Origin: Salinirubellus salinus
Lineage (GTDB): Archaea > Halobacteriota > Halobacteria > Halobacteriales > Haloarculaceae
NCBI RefSeq assembly: GCF_025231485.1
Contig: NZ_CP104003.1
Location: 3,641,960-3,673,959, forward strand
Reading direction: 5' to 3'
Length of the DNA: 32,000 bases
Both the position numbers and the translations under genes were made by a program. Shown here in pieces: positions 30,832-32,000 of the stretch. The notes under the pieces are model-generated. The model made no database searches. It was not told where the DNA came from and was given only the letters and a program-made list of their open reading frames with translations. The number at the start of each line of letters is the position of its first letter. Position 1 is the first letter of the stretch.

Positions 30832-32000
30832 TTACTCTTTGACGATGTTGTCGAGGAACGTCGTCGCACCCGAACCGAAGCGGTTCGTGTGCATCCCGAC
30901 GCCGACGGCGTCGGCGTGGGTGGCGTCGTTGAAACTGTAGGACCAGAGCGTGCTGTCGGCCGCCGGGTCCCGCAGTTCGAGGCGGATGTCGTCGTCCGCC
31001 CCGCCCAGCGTCCCGTCGTCGCGGACGACACGGAGCTGGTACCAGCGGTTCGTGTCGCCGACGCCCGAGAGCCAGCTCTCCTGCTGGACGTTGGTGAAGC
31101 TCCCGCCGGACTTGTTGTAGACGACCACACCGTCCAGGTCCCAGACGATGTTGAACGAGTAGAAGTTCCGGTCGTCCGCCGCGCCGAAGATGGCGCCCGT
31201 GTAGCCGACCTTGGTGTCGGCCCGGACGTAGTAGTTCGCCACCTCCCCCTTCTCGAAGAACTGCGGGAGGGGGTCGCTAGCGCTCGGCGTGGCGACGATC
31301 TCGTCGTAGCCGCCGTCGGAGCCGCCGACGGCGAGCGACTGGCTGCCGCCGTCCTCGTAGTTGGCGGCGGTGCTGAGGAACGCGCGGTCGCCGTAGTCGA
31401 ACGTCGCCCCGAGGTCCGCGATGGACTCGAAGTCGGTGACGAGGTTCCCGGCACTGCCGCCGGTCCCCGGAGTGACCGAGGCGCCGGCGGTGACGGCGTA
31501 CCCGCTCGCCGTGACGGCGTACCCACCGGTCGTGGTGAGCGCCATCGGCGAGGCGGGTTCGACGTCGCTCGTCGTGGTGTCGTCGGTCGTGTCGGTGGTG
31601 TCGGAGCCCCACGCCTCGGCCCCGACCTCGGAGAGCGCGGGGTAGCTGACCGCGCCGACGGACGAGACCTGCCGCGCGGACTCGATGTTCGTCCCGCTTG
31701 AGGTGTTCTCGCGGACGGGCGTGCCCACGTTCGCGTACTCGACGAGGTCGACACTGCCGGAACTGCTGTCGTTGACGGCGACACCGGTGTTGCCGTTGGT
31801 GTCCTCGACACGCATCACCGCGGTGGTGCCGGACTCGTCGACCACGTTGACGCCGTTCTGACCGCCGATGCGGATGCCGCCCTCGCTGCCGCGCGTGAGG
31901 CCGGTGTTGACGGTCTTGATGCCGTTACCGCGGATGTAGTAGTTCCCGCCCTCCGAGAGCCGGAACCCCCAGCCGCCGCCGTCGGCCACCTCGACGTCCT
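30832..32000 (-). CDS. Secreted multi-domain protein (partial; N-terminus beyond the right edge): beta-helix repeats, Thr/Asp linker, C-terminal concanavalin-A-like/LamG-like domain
   Basis: The reading frame is still open at 32000. The upstream part has beta-helix-like coils (GNYYIRGNGIKTVNTG, IRIGGQNGVNVVD, VMRVEDTNGNTGVAVND). The linker is SDTTDTTDDTTTSD. The C-terminal ~200 aa (YYVRADTKVGYTGAIFGAADDRNFYSFNIVWDLDGVVVYNK...WYQLRVVRDD...IRLELRD) has the jelly-roll lectin/glucanase pattern. Domain calls are by pattern only. Confidence 0.7.
   Translation of the reverse strand, partial: DVEVADGGGWGFRLSEGGNYYIRGNGIKTVNTGLTRGSEGGIRIGGQNGVNVVDESGTTAVMRVEDTNGNTGVAVNDSSSGSVDLVEYANVGTPVRENTSSGTNIESARQVSSVGAVSYPALSEVGAEAWGSDTTDTTDDTTTSDVEPASPMALTTTGGYAVTASGYAVTAGASVTPGTGGSAGNLVTDFESIADLGATFDYGDRAFLSTAANYEDGGSQSLAVGGSDGGYDEIVATPSASDPLPQFFEKGEVANYYVRADTKVGYTGAIFGAADDRNFYSFNIVWDLDGVVVYNKSGGSFTNVQQESWLSGVGDTNRWYQLRVVRDDGTLGGADDDIRLELRDPAADSTLWSYSFNDATHADAVGVGMHTNRFGSGATTFLDNIVKE

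Noticed and set aside
1-32000. Search for defence systems, prophage or integrase, IS elements, toxin-antitoxin pairs, and rRNA/tRNA/other structured RNA genes
   Set aside because: No nuclease, helicase, methylase, integrase or transposase motifs turned up in any supported ORF. I saw no terminal inverted repeats or att-like duplications, and no tRNA-like cloverleaf. The window appears free of these.

Overview
This looks like a haloarchaeal (class Halobacteria) chromosome segment. It is very GC-rich by eye, the predicted proteins are strongly acidic, and twin-arginine signals are present. Many gene pairs have 1-4 nt start/stop overlaps. AT-rich TATA-like boxes sit about 26-32 nt upstream of several start codons, which implies leaderless mRNAs.

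I call 34 protein-coding genes. Three are under 60 aa within the window and absent from the ORF track. I found no rRNA or tRNA, no CRISPR array, no transposase or integrase, and no recognisable defence system. Most other long ORFs in the track are Arg/Pro/Gly-rich shadow frames of real genes.

- Positions 1-4.8 kb: thermosome 5' end, TatA, a HalX pseudo-receiver, a membrane-anchored AN1 zinc finger, an FMN alpha-hydroxy-acid oxidase, and a MinD-like ATPase with a coupled partner.
- Positions 4.8-13 kb: a ba3-type haem-copper oxidase operon (di-halocyanin/CbaD-like fusion, CbaB, CbaA). It sits back-to-back with a wHTH regulator and a 4-gene copper-handling operon built around a CcoI/FixI-type P1B ATPase.
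- Positions 13-17.6 kb: a VOC dioxygenase, a BKACE enzyme with a coupled 4-Cys micro-protein, an AbrB-PhoU regulator, a 39-aa zinc-finger micro-protein, and an LLM oxidoreductase.
- Positions 17.7-32 kb: a glycan/exopolysaccharide island with WecC, WecB, a GT2-CE4 fusion, a Gfo/Idh/MocA oxidoreductase, a Tat-lipoprotein beta-helix, a GT2, a GT2 paralogue, two GT4s, an AKR, and a second secreted beta-helix/ConA-like protein.

The best candidates for something undescribed are:
1. The oxidase-adjacent copper-delivery operon with three uncharacterised membrane partners.
2. The glycan island, with its cytoplasmic GT2-deacetylase fusion and two extracellular beta-helix proteins.
3. The MinD-like ATPase and its partner.

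All functional calls come from reading motifs in the translations. No database search was possible.
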